NCBI GenBank assembly: GCA_050261495.1
Contig: JBLNDI010000146.1
Coordinates: forward strand, 1,357-65,356
DNA from: Bacillota bacterium
GTDB lineage: Bacteria > Bacillota > Clostridia > Acetivibrionales > DTU013
Direction: 5' to 3'
DNA: 64,000 nt
In this document: positions 26,540 through 36,508 of the stretch, piece by piece
Position numbering within the stretch: the first letter of the stretch is position 1
Layout of the letters: each line of letters opens with the position of its first letter
Notes under the pieces: generated by a model
Seen by the model: the letters and a program-made list of their open reading frames with translations, nothing else
Databases searched by the model: none
Told to the model about the DNA's origin: nothing
Program-made: the position numbers and the translations under genes

Positions 26540-26619
26540 GTCTAAAAAAGGTACTGCAAAGATGCTATAATTGTAATATTATAAATTGTAATACTAATGT
26601 ATTTATGAGGTCGTTATAG

Positions 26620-27744
26620 ATGAATTTACGGAAATTTTGCTTTATATTAACGGTAATAGTCACAGTAGTGTTGTTTTTCTCGGGTATAGGCATTATTTAT
26701 TACGTGAACGAAAACCTGTCAAACGTTGAAAGCGCCTACGCTTCATTTGACAGTCCCCTGGGCAAAATACTCCAGCCTTTTGCGAAACGAAACGAACCTT
26801 TTAATGTTTTGCTGATTGGCGGCGACAAGGTTAACAAGAACTCAGATACCATGATGCTGGTAAATTTTAATCCCGAAACCATGGATATCAATATTATGTC
26901 AATCCCCCGGGATACAAAAGTAAAGATAGAAAAGATCAACAGGAAAATCAATTACGCGTTTCCCCACGGAGGCGTCGATCTCGCCGTTAAAACCGTTTCC
27001 GAGTTCCTGGACGTAAATATAAGTTACTATGTTTTTGTTGACACTGCGGCATTCAGGAATATTATCGACCTCCTGGGAGGCGTGGAATATTATGTTCCTG
27101 TCGATATGGACTACGATGATCCTACCCAGAATCTTCACATACATTTAAAAAAAGGCCGACAGATATTGAACGGGGCCAAGGCGGAGCAGTTTGTAAGATT
27201 CCGCAAGCCAAACAAGTGGAACAAGGAAATCAGGAAGTATTATGACGGAAGCGATTTGAAAAGGACTGAGGCGCAGCAGGCCTTTATACGGGAATTAATG
27301 AAACAAAAACTGAACCTTAAATACTTTCCAAAGCTTACAAGCATAATTAATGAAGTCTTTGACAACGTAGAGACCAACTTCAGCCTGAACGAGATTATAA
27401 AGCTTTCAGGATATATAAACAAGTTCAGCACAGACAAGGTCAACTTCATACAAATGCCGGGAACGACATTAGACGTCTCTCCGTATTATTTCATTTGCGA
27501 TGTTGAAAAAACAAAGCAGATTATAGCCGAGTATTTTGTTTCAGGCAGCCTGGCCGTGACCGGCAGCAATATTAGTAATTCAAATAAAGGAAAAGAAAGC
27601 AAAACCAGCAAAACGTCCGGTACGAAATCATCTTCGAACGGGAAGGCAAACGCTGGAAAAGGCGCCGGTACTAACGGCACGGCGCCCAAGGTCAATCCTT
27701 CGAATACGGAAACGTCTATAAAAGGTTCGGGCAATGATCCATAA
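26620..27744 (+). CDS. LytR-CpsA-Psr (LCP) family cell-wall polymer transferase with a low-complexity C-terminal tail
   Basis: N-terminal TM helix, then LLIGGDK...SDTMMLV...SIPRDT...IN.AF..GG, the LCP motifs. The tail is Ser/Gly/Lys/Asn-rich. Confidence 0.85.
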   Translation: MNLRKFCFILTVIVTVVLFFSGIGIIYYVNENLSNVESAYASFDSPLGKILQPFAKRNEPFNVLLIGGDKVNKNSDTMMLVNFNPETMDINIMSIPRDTKVKIEKINRKINYAFPHGGVDLAVKTVSEFLDVNISYYVFVDTAAFRNIIDLLGGVEYYVPVDMDYDDPTQNLHIHLKKGRQILNGAKAEQFVRFRKPNKWNKEIRKYYDGSDLKRTEAQQAFIRELMKQKLNLKYFPKLTSIINEVFDNVETNFSLNEIIKLSGYINKFSTDKVNFIQMPGTTLDVSPYYFICDVEKTKQIIAEYFVSGSLAVTGSNISNSNKGKESKTSKTSGTKSSSNGKANAGKGAGTNGTAPKVNPSNTETSIKGSGNDP

Positions 27745-27764
27745 AATATCCGCCTTATTTCTAT

Positions 27765-29210
27765 TTATGCCTTATGCCCGTAAAACACCTTGTATGCGTT
27801 ATATAAGGTGAATATGTCTATCTTGCTTGTGATTTCAAACGGAGAATGCATCGACAAAACAGCGACTCCGCAGTCAATTACATCGATTCCAAGGTTTGCA
27901 GCGTATTGGGCTATCGTCCCTCCCCCGCCTTCGTCAACCTTGCCTAGCTCGCCTGTCTGCCATATTATATTGTTGTCATTGAAAAGCTTGCGGATCTCCC
28001 CTACGAATTCAGCGCCGGCGTCGCTCGAATCATACTTTCCCCTGGAACCGGTGTACTTCTGCAGCACGATGCCTCGTCCAAGGTATGTAGCGTTCCTTTT
28101 CTCGTAAACGCTTTCATAGTTGGGATCAACTGCCGCGTTTACATCAGCGGAGAGCATTTTGGACCTTTCCAGGCAGTTTCGAAGCTTTAAATCGCTGTAA
28201 GCAGGATCTGTCAAGGCTATAAGTTTAGCTAAGAAATTCTGCAGGAAGCTGGCCTTTGCCCCGGTATTCCCGGCGCTTCCGATTTCCTCCTTGTCGGTAA
28301 ACAGGCATATGGACGTTCTTTCCGGGATGCCGATGTCAATGATTGATTTAAGAGACGGGTACGCGCATACCCTGTCATCCTGTCCGTATCCGCCGACCAT
28401 GCTCCTGTCCAGGCCGATATCCCTTGCCCTGTGTGCAGGAACGATTTCAATCTCCGCGGACTGGAAGTCTTCTTCCACTATTCCATACCTTTTATATAGT
28501 ATGTCCAGTATTTTAAGCTTTACCTTTTCCTTGACCTTCTCGTCATTGTAAGGCATGGAGCCGAGCAACAGGTTCAAACCCTCGCCGGTGACGGCTTCGC
28601 TCATTTTTTTCTGCATTTGCTCCCTTGCAAGGTGCGGCAGCAAATCTGTTATGACAAAAACGGGATCGTCATCTTCCTCGCCTATCCTGATTTCCACCTG
28701 CGCCCCATCCCCTTTTAACACAAGGCCGTGTATGGCAAGCGGTATCGTCAGCCACTGGTACTTCTTCAGTCCGCCGTAATAATGGGTTTTGAACATTGCC
28801 AGTTCGGTATCTTCATACAGGGGATTCGGTTTTAAGTCTATCCTGGGTGCATCGACATGCGAGCCAATGATATTAACACCGTTTTCAAGCGGCGATTTCC
28901 CGATTACTGCCAGGACGGCGGCTTTTTTCCGGTTGATATAATAAACCCTTGAGCCGGGCTTTAGCGCTGGATTTTTGCCGGCAAGCCCGTCGATGTTGAC
29001 GAAACCTGCTTCAACAGCCATCTTCTCAGCATTTGCAATGAATTCCCTTTCCGTTTTCGAGTTGTTCAGGAATTCCTTGTACCCTTCGCAGAAATCATAG
29101 CATTTTTTTATGTCTTCCTCGGTTGCCTTTTCCCATGCGTTTTTTTGTTTGTAGAATAATTTCTCCTGTAGTTTCTGGCCTTCTGTTTTCGTTTCACTCA
29201 TAGTTTTCAT
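27765..29210 (-). CDS. M18-family aminopeptidase
   Basis: About 481 aa. IIGSHVDAPRIDLKPNP, HYYGGLKKYQW, GYGQDDRVC, TDKEEIGS and LSMHSPFE fit aminopeptidase-1 / M18-like proteins. Confidence 0.8.
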   Translation of the reverse strand: MKTMSETKTEGQKLQEKLFYKQKNAWEKATEEDIKKCYDFCEGYKEFLNNSKTEREFIANAEKMAVEAGFVNIDGLAGKNPALKPGSRVYYINRKKAAVLAVIGKSPLENGVNIIGSHVDAPRIDLKPNPLYEDTELAMFKTHYYGGLKKYQWLTIPLAIHGLVLKGDGAQVEIRIGEEDDDPVFVITDLLPHLAREQMQKKMSEAVTGEGLNLLLGSMPYNDEKVKEKVKLKILDILYKRYGIVEEDFQSAEIEIVPAHRARDIGLDRSMVGGYGQDDRVCAYPSLKSIIDIGIPERTSICLFTDKEEIGSAGNTGAKASFLQNFLAKLIALTDPAYSDLKLRNCLERSKMLSADVNAAVDPNYESVYEKRNATYLGRGIVLQKYTGSRGKYDSSDAGAEFVGEIRKLFNDNNIIWQTGELGKVDEGGGGTIAQYAANLGIDVIDCGVAVLSMHSPFEITSKIDIFTLYNAYKVFYGHKA

Positions 29211-29403
29211 CCTCCATCCATGGTCTGATAATTAAATCTATTTACCTGTAATTACCATCGAATTAATTCGCGGACTTTTTTATTATATACCATTTTGCAT
29301 TTTTTTAACAACAGATTATGCGCTATGCCCGTCAATATTTGATTCACTGGATTGATTTACGCCAATGACAGTGTTAATATTATACTGTTCAGGAGGTACA
29401 TCT

Positions 29404-30198
29404 ATGTTTGATTGCCACGTACACACAACTTTTTCTGCGGACAGCTCAATTAATGCCTCATGCGCTTGCGAAACTGCCATAGAATCAGGTCTTGACGGCA
29501 TTGCATTCACCGACCACCTGGATTTTGACTACCCGGGCGAAACAATTCTTATCGACTTTGAACGCTATTTTTCCGAAATATCTTTCGTTCAGGCCGAATA
29601 TGAAAAACGCCTGAAGGTTCTGAAAGCCATTGAAGTCGGTATACAGCCGCATGTATTGGAGGAATCCCTTGGCATTGTCAGCAGTTATGATTTTGACTAC
29701 GTACTCGCGTCCGTTCATATTATCGGTGGCATTGACCCGTACAGGAACCGGGAATATTACACGATTATGGATAAAATCGAGGCATACGGCCGTTACCTGC
29801 AGGAAATCCTCTTCATGGTCAGGAATTTCAAGTCTTTTGATATGGTTGGGCATTTTGACTATATAATCCGTTACGCAAGTTATGTTGACAGGACGTTAAG
29901 ATATGATGACCATTGCGAAATACTTGATCAAATAATGAAAGAGCTTATCCGGCAAGGACGCGGATTTGAACTGAATACGGGAACATACAGGAAATCCCCC
30001 GCCGACGCGGAGTATGATATTAATATATTGAAGCGTTACAGGCAATTGGGCGGCGAACTTATCTGCCTGGGATCCGATGCGCACCGACTGGGAAATATCG
30101 CCGCGAGGTTCGGGTATTATGCAGGCATGATCCGGGACGCGGGTTTTAAATATATGGTACATTTTGAAGGACGAAAACCGGTTTTCGACAAGCTGTAG
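29404..30198 (+). CDS. PHP-domain histidinol-phosphatase-family protein (HisJ-like)
   Basis: MFDCHVHTTFSADS, FTDHLD and GSDAH are PHP metal-binding motifs. ATG at 29404 follows AGGAGG. The ORF track starts at 29365. Confidence 0.8.
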   Translation: MFDCHVHTTFSADSSINASCACETAIESGLDGIAFTDHLDFDYPGETILIDFERYFSEISFVQAEYEKRLKVLKAIEVGIQPHVLEESLGIVSSYDFDYVLASVHIIGGIDPYRNREYYTIMDKIEAYGRYLQEILFMVRNFKSFDMVGHFDYIIRYASYVDRTLRYDDHCEILDQIMKELIRQGRGFELNTGTYRKSPADAEYDINILKRYRQLGGELICLGSDAHRLGNIAARFGYYAGMIRDAGFKYMVHFEGRKPVFDKL

Positions 30199-30253
30199 CA
30201 AGTTGAGGCTTTGAACTTCGTGCTTTGGACTTTGTGTTTCGAGTTTCGCGCAG

Positions 30254-31333
30254 TCAATCGATGACGCCGCCGCCGACGACTGTATCGCCATCGTAAAAAA
30301 CCACTGCCTGGCCAGGTGTTACAGCACGCTGAGGATTGTCAAAAATAACGCTTACCCTGCCATCGTTCAGCGGGCGTATCAATGCGGGCGCCTCTTTTGC
30401 CGAATATCTGATTTTTGCCGTCACGCGCATTTCATCCCTTAATTCAGGTATTGATATGAAATTAAGGTCGGATGCCGTTAAATTCGTGGAAAACAGGTCG
30501 CATTCATCTCCAAGCACCACGGTGTTTTCCTCCGGGTTTATGGCTACGACATATGTCCGCTTGCCCAACGATATGCCCAGTCCCTTTCTCTGGCCTACCG
30601 TGTAATGGATAATGCCTTTGTGCATGCCCAGCATATTCCCGCCCCGGTCAACAAAATATCCCGGTTTGATCTCAACATCCGTGTTTTCATTTATATAGCG
30701 GCCATAATCATTGTCCTCGACAAAACATATCTCCTGGCTGTCGGGTTTATGCGCCACCGGAAGCCCAAGTTCGCGTGCGATTTCCCTTACCTTGTCCTTG
30801 GTAAGGTCACCGATTGGGAAAAGCGTCCTTGAGAGCTGCTTCTGGGTCATGGTGTAAAGGACGTAAGTCTGGTCTTTTGCATCTGAGGCCGATTTTTTCA
30901 ACAAGTATCTGCCGGTATTTTCATCGTAAACAATGCGGGCATAATGGCCTGTCGCGATATAATCCATCCCCATCGACAAAGCTTTTCTCAGAAGCGTGTC
31001 AAACTTGACAAAACGGTTGCATGCAATACAAGGATTTGGCGTTCTTCCTTTCAGGTATTCATTTTTGAAATAATCTATAACCTTTTCCTGGAACACACCC
31101 TTGAAATTCAATACATAATAGCGGATACCAAGCTTGTTCGCCACTTTTCCGGCATCATAAACCGCAGACAAGGAACAGCAGCCACCCTCGGCAAGCTTCC
31201 TTTCTTCATCCATGTCCGGCCATATTTGCATGGTGACGCCTGTGACGTTATAACCCTGTTCCAGTAAAACCGCGGCGGCGACGGAGCTATCCACCCCTCC
31301 GCTCATTCCAAGCATTACATTTCCTTTTGACAT
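30254..31333 (-). CDS. mnmA: tRNA-specific 2-thiouridylase MnmA
   Basis: [16 protein letters not shown]-loop, [10 protein letters not shown] and other motifs typical of MnmA. Confidence 0.94.
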   Translation of the reverse strand: MSKGNVMLGMSGGVDSSVAAAVLLEQGYNVTGVTMQIWPDMDEERKLAEGGCCSLSAVYDAGKVANKLGIRYYVLNFKGVFQEKVIDYFKNEYLKGRTPNPCIACNRFVKFDTLLRKALSMGMDYIATGHYARIVYDENTGRYLLKKSASDAKDQTYVLYTMTQKQLSRTLFPIGDLTKDKVREIARELGLPVAHKPDSQEICFVEDNDYGRYINENTDVEIKPGYFVDRGGNMLGMHKGIIHYTVGQRKGLGISLGKRTYVVAINPEENTVVLGDECDLFSTNLTASDLNFISIPELRDEMRVTAKIRYSAKEAPALIRPLNDGRVSVIFDNPQRAVTPGQAVVFYDGDTVVGGGVID

Positions 31334-31340
31334 AGTTCAC

Positions 31341-31805
31341 CTATTCCTGGCTGTCATCATGAAGGTGTATTTCATCGCATTTCATGCAACACCCTTCACA
31401 ACTGTCAACATCTTCAATTATTCCTTTTTTGCGCTGGTAATCCTGTATTGCCATCCTGATCGCTTCCTCGGCAAGGTTTGAGCAATGCATCTTGATCGGC
31501 GGAAGCCCGTCCAGAGCTTCTGCAACGGCTTTATTGGTGATTTTCAACGCCTCCTGAACCGTTTTCCCTTTTACCAGCTCGGTTGCCATACTGCTTGTCG
31601 CTACTGCCGCGCCGCAGCCGAAAGTCTTGAATTTTGCGTCGACTATTATATCGTTTTCGATTTTTAAGTACATTTTCATTATATCCCCGCATTTAGGATT
31701 TCCGACCTGCCCGACGCCGTCGGCGTCAGCGATCTCTCCTACATTCCTGGGATTTGTAAAATGATCCATTACTTTTTCGCTGTACATTTCCAATCCTTCT
31801 TTCAT
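31341..31805 (-). CDS. nifU: Fe-S cluster assembly scaffold NifU/IscU-type with a Cys-rich C-terminal tail
   Basis: YSEKVMDHFTNPRNVG, NPKCGD, FGCGAA and HCS are the scaffold cysteines. An alternative start lies at 31787. Confidence 0.9.
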   Translation of the reverse strand: MKEGLEMYSEKVMDHFTNPRNVGEIADADGVGQVGNPKCGDIMKMYLKIENDIIVDAKFKTFGCGAAVATSSMATELVKGKTVQEALKITNKAVAEALDGLPPIKMHCSNLAEEAIRMAIQDYQRKKGIIEDVDSCEGCCMKCDEIHLHDDSQE

Positions 31806-31835
31806 TCTTTCATCGGGCTTAAGTCCACCCGGTAT

Positions 31836-33035
31836 TTATACCTGGAGCTGCTGTCCCTGCTTCCTGCAATACGCTTCATAAAGCGGCGACATATCCCTTA
31901 AGCGCTGAACAATCGGGGGAAGCACACTCATCAGGTAATCTACATCTTCATCTGAGTTTTCCTCGCCGAATGTGATTCTCAGTGAGCCATGGGCTAACTC
32001 ATGGGGCAGCCCTATCGCAAGCAATACATGCGACGGGTCAAGGGAGCCCGATGTGCAGGCCGATCCACTTGACGCCGCGATACCTTTCATGTCGAGCATC
32101 AACAAGAGCGATTCTCCTTCTATGAATTCGAAAGTAAAGTTGACATTTCCGGGCAGCCTTTTTTCCCTATGCCCGTTTAGCCTTACAAACGGGACTTTCT
32201 CCTCTATTTCTTTTATAGTCCTGTCCCTCAGTGCAATTAGTTTTTTATTATATTGATCTATATTAGCCGCAGCTATTTCCAGCGCTTTTGCCATTCCGAC
32301 AATGCCCGCCACGTTTTCTGTGCTTGCCCTCCTGCCCCTTTCCTGGGCTCCGCCGTGAATAAAACTCGTAATCTTGACGCCTTTGTTGACATAAAGCGCT
32401 CCGACCCCTTTCGGACCGTAAAACTTGTGCGCCGACATTGAAAGCAGGTCAATATTCATTTCCGAAACGTTAATATTTACGTTTCCCATTGCCTGCACCG
32501 CGTCCGTATGGAAATACACGCCTTTTTCCCTTGTGACCCTGCCAATCTCGGCAATTGGCTGTATTGTTCCGATTTCGTTGTTGGCAAACATAATGGTGAC
32601 AAGGATCGTATCAGGTCTGATAGCGGCTCGTACCTGTTCGGCGGTTACCAGTCCGTTACCGTCCACCGGAAGGTAAGTTACTTCGAAACCGTCGTTTTCA
32701 AGGTACTGGCACGCGTGAAGCACAGCATGATGTTCGATGGCGGTGGTAATTATATGTTTGCCTTTTTGCCTGTTGGCATAGGCTACTCCCTTTATCGCCC
32801 AGTTGTCAGCTTCCGTGCCGGAACCCGTAAAGAATATCTCCTTGGGCTGGGCGCCGATTATGCCTGCTATGGTCTCCCTGGCTTCCTCTATCGCCATTTT
32901 GCTTTCCCTGCCGATGGAATATATCGATGAAGGGTTTCCGAATTTTTGGCTAAAATACGGCAGCATTGCTTCAAATACTTCTTTTCTTACTGGCGTGGTT
33001 GCTGCATGATCAAAATAAATGATTTTATCGCCCAT
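31836..33035 (-). CDS. nifS: Cysteine desulfurase (NifS/IscS class I)
   Basis: IYFDHAATTP, SAHKFYGPKG (PLP Lys) and SSGSACTS (catalytic Cys loop). Confidence 0.93.
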   Translation of the reverse strand: MGDKIIYFDHAATTPVRKEVFEAMLPYFSQKFGNPSSIYSIGRESKMAIEEARETIAGIIGAQPKEIFFTGSGTEADNWAIKGVAYANRQKGKHIITTAIEHHAVLHACQYLENDGFEVTYLPVDGNGLVTAEQVRAAIRPDTILVTIMFANNEIGTIQPIAEIGRVTREKGVYFHTDAVQAMGNVNINVSEMNIDLLSMSAHKFYGPKGVGALYVNKGVKITSFIHGGAQERGRRASTENVAGIVGMAKALEIAAANIDQYNKKLIALRDRTIKEIEEKVPFVRLNGHREKRLPGNVNFTFEFIEGESLLLMLDMKGIAASSGSACTSGSLDPSHVLLAIGLPHELAHGSLRITFGEENSDEDVDYLMSVLPPIVQRLRDMSPLYEAYCRKQGQQLQV

Positions 33036-33102
33036 AAATTTATGCTCCTTTGTATAAATTTAAATTGATAAAATTCCCGTGTCCGATAATCATTTCACTT
33101 TA

Positions 33103-33543
33103 TTATTGTTTTCTAAACTCCATGTTTCTATTGTAGTCTTCCACAAGCTCCTTCAGCGTAATATTGTCTATAACATTATTAATGCCATCCCTGATCTTTT
33201 CCCATACGCTCCTGGATACGCACAAGTCCTGGTTTCCGCAGTGACGCGTTTTACGATTTTCCATGACGCAATCAGTCGGGGCCAATGAACCCTCAAGCGC
33301 CCTTAACACATCTCCTACGGTTATGTTCTCCGGGGCATGCGCCAGGGAATATCCACCCTGTGAGCCTCTTACGCTTTTTATAATCTTGGCTTTTTTCAAT
33401 GCGGCAAAAAGCTGCTCAAGGTAATTTTCGGATATTCCTTGTCTTTCTGCTATGCTTTTCAATGCGACATTTCCTTCCCCGCAGTTAGCTGCAAGGTCAA
33501 TAATGGCTTTCAGGCCATACCTGCCCCTTGTTGAAAGCTTCAT
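33103..33543 (-). CDS. Rrf2-family transcriptional regulator (IscR/CymR-like)
   Basis: MKLSTRGRYGLKAIIDLA... is an Rrf2 winged HTH. It is the first gene of the nifS-nifU-mnmA operon. Confidence 0.9.
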   Translation of the reverse strand: MKLSTRGRYGLKAIIDLAANCGEGNVALKSIAERQGISENYLEQLFAALKKAKIIKSVRGSQGGYSLAHAPENITVGDVLRALEGSLAPTDCVMENRKTRHCGNQDLCVSRSVWEKIRDGINNVIDNITLKELVEDYNRNMEFRKQ

Positions 33544-33552
33544 GAACCTGCC

Positions 33553-33580
33553 TCCGAATTCCTAGTAAATTACTCGGGTA
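33553..33580 (-). promoter_or_regulatory. Candidate Rrf2 (CymR/IscR-type) operator overlapping the RBS of the regulator gene
   Basis: The minus strand reads ATACCCGAGTAATTTACTAGGAATTCGGAGG. It contains the AGTAA-n-TTACT dyad and a TAGGAATT element resembling the B. subtilis CymR box as I recall it. Confidence 0.3.
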
Positions 33581-33637
33581 TCAATTTAAGATTAACACTT
33601 TATTTTATTATTGTCAATAAATGATTTGATATTTTTA

Positions 33638-34885
33638 TTACTCTACCACGGGCAATGTGGATCCGCCGTGAGGCATAAGGAGCACGCGCGCATCCGGGCC
33701 GAGCTCGGAAAACGCCTTATCGATGGCTTGTTGCATATCATCGAAAGGCTCCATGTATATTTTTTTCGACATATCGAAAGGCATGTCCGAAACGATGAAA
33801 ACCTTCGCCTTCTTTTCGATCAGGGCTATCGCAGCGGCCTTGTGACCGCCCAGTTCGAAATTCATGCCAATCCTCTCAAGCAGGTCGTCCGGCGAAGACG
33901 ATTCATTTATCCATCTTTCAAAAACAGATTCCCCGTATCCTTCCGTACATGCCGCCAGCAGGATGATTATACCGCCGTCGCGTACGGCATGCTTGGCATT
34001 GTCAAGCGCCTTTTGCGCCTGGTACAGGTTGATGTCCTTCGGAAATCCGCCGGGAGTGGTAATGACAATATCCGCCCTGGAACGTATCCTGACCTTGTAA
34101 AGGCTGTCAAGGAACCTGCAGCCTTCCCGGTGCGCTTCTGCATGGTGTCCAGCCACAGCCTTGATAATCCTCTTGTTTTCGTCCAATACAACGTTCAATA
34201 TAAAATCTATCGGCAAAAACCTGGTCACTTCCTCGATATCATTGCGTACCGGGTTGTCGTCCATGGCGCCTGCCCTTGCGTCATCACTTACCATAAAACT
34301 GTGGTTTGCCTGGATTGCCGCCCTTGTGGAAACGCCGGGCATAATTGCCTTGGCGCCGCCACTGTAGCCCGCGAAGTAATGGTATTCTATATTTCCCAAG
34401 CAAATAACGCGGTCTGCCGAGGCTACCTCTTCGAATACTTCCACCGGCGTGCCGGCTGTTGTGGTACCTAATAACCTGCAGCGTTTTGCATCACTGTCGA
34501 CACACCTGATTTTGCCGTACAACTCTTCTCCGGCCAGTCGTTTCTTTTCTTCCTCCGTATGCTTGCGGTGGCAGCCAAGCGCAAAAACCAGCGTAATGTT
34601 CTCGTATTTTGCGCCTGCTTCAAGCAATTCATCCACAACAAGCGGTAATACCGTACTGGTTGGCATTGGCCTGGTAATATCGCTTGTAACTATTGCTATT
34701 TTTTCACCGGGCTTTACTATGGAAGACAACCTCCCTGTCCCGATCGGGTTTAAAAGAGCGCGCCTTACTTCATCAATCCCGGTCAATTCAACTTTGACTT
34801 CATTGCTGACCAGTTCCCCAATAATATTCCCGTCTTGAATGTCAAACTCCTTAAAACCTTTTCCGTAGCCGTATTTAAAATGCAT
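33638..34885 (-). CDS. LarA-family nickel-pincer-dependent 2-hydroxyacid racemase/epimerase homolog
   Basis: About 415 aa with a DUF2088-type N-terminus (ITRPMP..., ALGCHR). The GYSGGAKAIMPG region corresponds to the cofactor-tethering Lys segment of LarA. Confidence 0.75.
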   Translation of the reverse strand: MHFKYGYGKGFKEFDIQDGNIIGELVSNEVKVELTGIDEVRRALLNPIGTGRLSSIVKPGEKIAIVTSDITRPMPTSTVLPLVVDELLEAGAKYENITLVFALGCHRKHTEEEKKRLAGEELYGKIRCVDSDAKRCRLLGTTTAGTPVEVFEEVASADRVICLGNIEYHYFAGYSGGAKAIMPGVSTRAAIQANHSFMVSDDARAGAMDDNPVRNDIEEVTRFLPIDFILNVVLDENKRIIKAVAGHHAEAHREGCRFLDSLYKVRIRSRADIVITTPGGFPKDINLYQAQKALDNAKHAVRDGGIIILLAACTEGYGESVFERWINESSSPDDLLERIGMNFELGGHKAAAIALIEKKAKVFIVSDMPFDMSKKIYMEPFDDMQQAIDKAFSELGPDARVLLMPHGGSTLPVVE

Positions 34886-35137
34886 TTAGTTCTCCCCCTT
34901 CGTATCGCTGCCGGAAGCGTTATCGCCGTCAACGTCATTGCTACCGCGATAATGCGGGCTTTCATTCCCGTTATCGTCCTGTATATCGATCAGCTTGCCG
35001 TTCGTCATTACAAACGCAATAACTATAACAATATATACTATCATGCTAAGCTGCCAATAGAACCTGAAGATAATCAGGTTCAACAGAAGCAGGACAAAAC
35101 CCGCAAGCAATATCCATGCGATTATCCTCTTTTTCAT
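34886..35137 (-). CDS. Small two-TM membrane protein with an acidic tail, function unknown
   Basis: It has two hydrophobic helices. Its stop codon directly abuts the larA-like ATG, which suggests translational coupling. Confidence 0.5.
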   Translation of the reverse strand: MKKRIIAWILLAGFVLLLLNLIIFRFYWQLSMIVYIVIVIAFVMTNGKLIDIQDDNGNESPHYRGSNDVDGDNASGSDTKGEN

Positions 35138-35178
35138 TAGATTCCTCCTGGTTTTGCAGCTTTCCGGAAGACGTCCGG

Positions 35179-36483
35179 CTAATTACCGGGGCGCCGGATG
35201 TTCCTTGTTTTTTCGAGCCATTCCCTTATCCTGGCTTCGTAGCCGTTTGAAGTCGGCTCATAATATACCGTGCCTGCCATTTCATCGGGGAAATATTCCT
35301 GCTCAACTATATTGCCCGGGTAATCGTGCGCATATTTATAGCCCTTGCCGTATCCCTGGTCCGCCATTCCCTTGACGGGAGCGTTCCGCAGGTGCATAGG
35401 CACGTCTCCGGTATATTTAGTCTCAACATCCTTCATAGCCTTTTCAAGAGCCTTGTAGCATGAATTGGACTTTGGGCTCGTTGCCACCATCACGGCGGCA
35501 TGGGCCAATAAAAGCCTGGCTTCCGGCATTCCTATCATATGAATGCCTTCCGCTGCGGCGACGGCTAACTGGAGAGCCGTAGGGTTTGCCATCCCCACGT
35601 CCTCGGAGGCACAGATGATTATGCGCCTTGCAAGAAATTCAGGATCTTCTCCCGCGTAAAGCGCTCTTGCCAGGTAAAACAGAGCAGCGTCCGGGTTGCT
35701 TCCCCTCATTGACTTGATGAATGCGCTTATATTGTCATAATGGGCTTCTCCCGACTTGTCGTAAGTGATGGCCTTACGCTGAACACATTCCTCGATAGTG
35801 TTAACGGTTATGTGAATATACCCGTCGCTTTCAAGATCGGATGTTACGGCTGCAAGCTCGATAGCGTTGAGCGCTATCCTCGCATCCCCGTTTGATACTT
35901 CCGCCAGGTAAGCTATTGCCTCATCGTCGCAAATAATGTCATATCCGCCCAATCCGCGTTCCTTGTCGGTCAGCGCCATTCTTATGATGGTTTCAACGTC
36001 GCTTTTGTTCAGAGGATTCAGCATGAAAACCGAGGAACGCGAAATTAACGATTTATTTACTTCGAAATACGGGTTTTCCGTTGTGGCTCCTATTAATACG
36101 ATCGTACCGTTTTCGACATAAGGAAGAAGCGCATCCTGCTGTGCCTTGTTGAACCGGTGTATTTCATCTATGAACAGGACTGTCCTTCCGCTTGGATTCA
36201 GCATCGTGTTCTGCGTATCGGAAACAATTCTCTTTATATCGGCAACACCGGCAGTAACGGCATTCAATTTTTCAAACCCGGATTTCGTCGTCGAAGCTAT
36301 AATCCTGGCCAGCGATGTCTTGCCGGTACCCGGTGGACCGTACAGTATTATCGATGATATCCTGTCTGCCTTTATCATCCTGTACAGCAGTTTCCCCTTG
36401 CCGACTATATGCTCTTGCCCGACAAACTCTTCCAGGCTTCGCGGGCACATCCTGTAAGCCAGCGGCTCTTTACTTCCGGGCAT
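35179..36483 (-). CDS. rarA: Replication-associated recombination protein A (RarA/MgsA AAA+ ATPase)
   Basis: LEEFVGQEHIVG, GPPGTGKTSLA, FIDEIHRFNK and a MgsA C-terminal domain. Confidence 0.93.
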   Translation of the reverse strand: MPGSKEPLAYRMCPRSLEEFVGQEHIVGKGKLLYRMIKADRISSIILYGPPGTGKTSLARIIASTTKSGFEKLNAVTAGVADIKRIVSDTQNTMLNPSGRTVLFIDEIHRFNKAQQDALLPYVENGTIVLIGATTENPYFEVNKSLISRSSVFMLNPLNKSDVETIIRMALTDKERGLGGYDIICDDEAIAYLAEVSNGDARIALNAIELAAVTSDLESDGYIHITVNTIEECVQRKAITYDKSGEAHYDNISAFIKSMRGSNPDAALFYLARALYAGEDPEFLARRIIICASEDVGMANPTALQLAVAAAEGIHMIGMPEARLLLAHAAVMVATSPKSNSCYKALEKAMKDVETKYTGDVPMHLRNAPVKGMADQGYGKGYKYAHDYPGNIVEQEYFPDEMAGTVYYEPTSNGYEARIREWLEKTRNIRRPGN

Positions 36484-36508
36484 TGCCCCTCATCCCTTCC
36501 GGTTATTC

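Noticed and set aside
33611-34471. A 286-aa plus-strand ORF antisense to the LarA-like gene.
   Set aside because: This is a shadow ORF. The minus-strand product has clear family motifs, and the plus-strand product is Arg/His-rich with no recognisable motifs.
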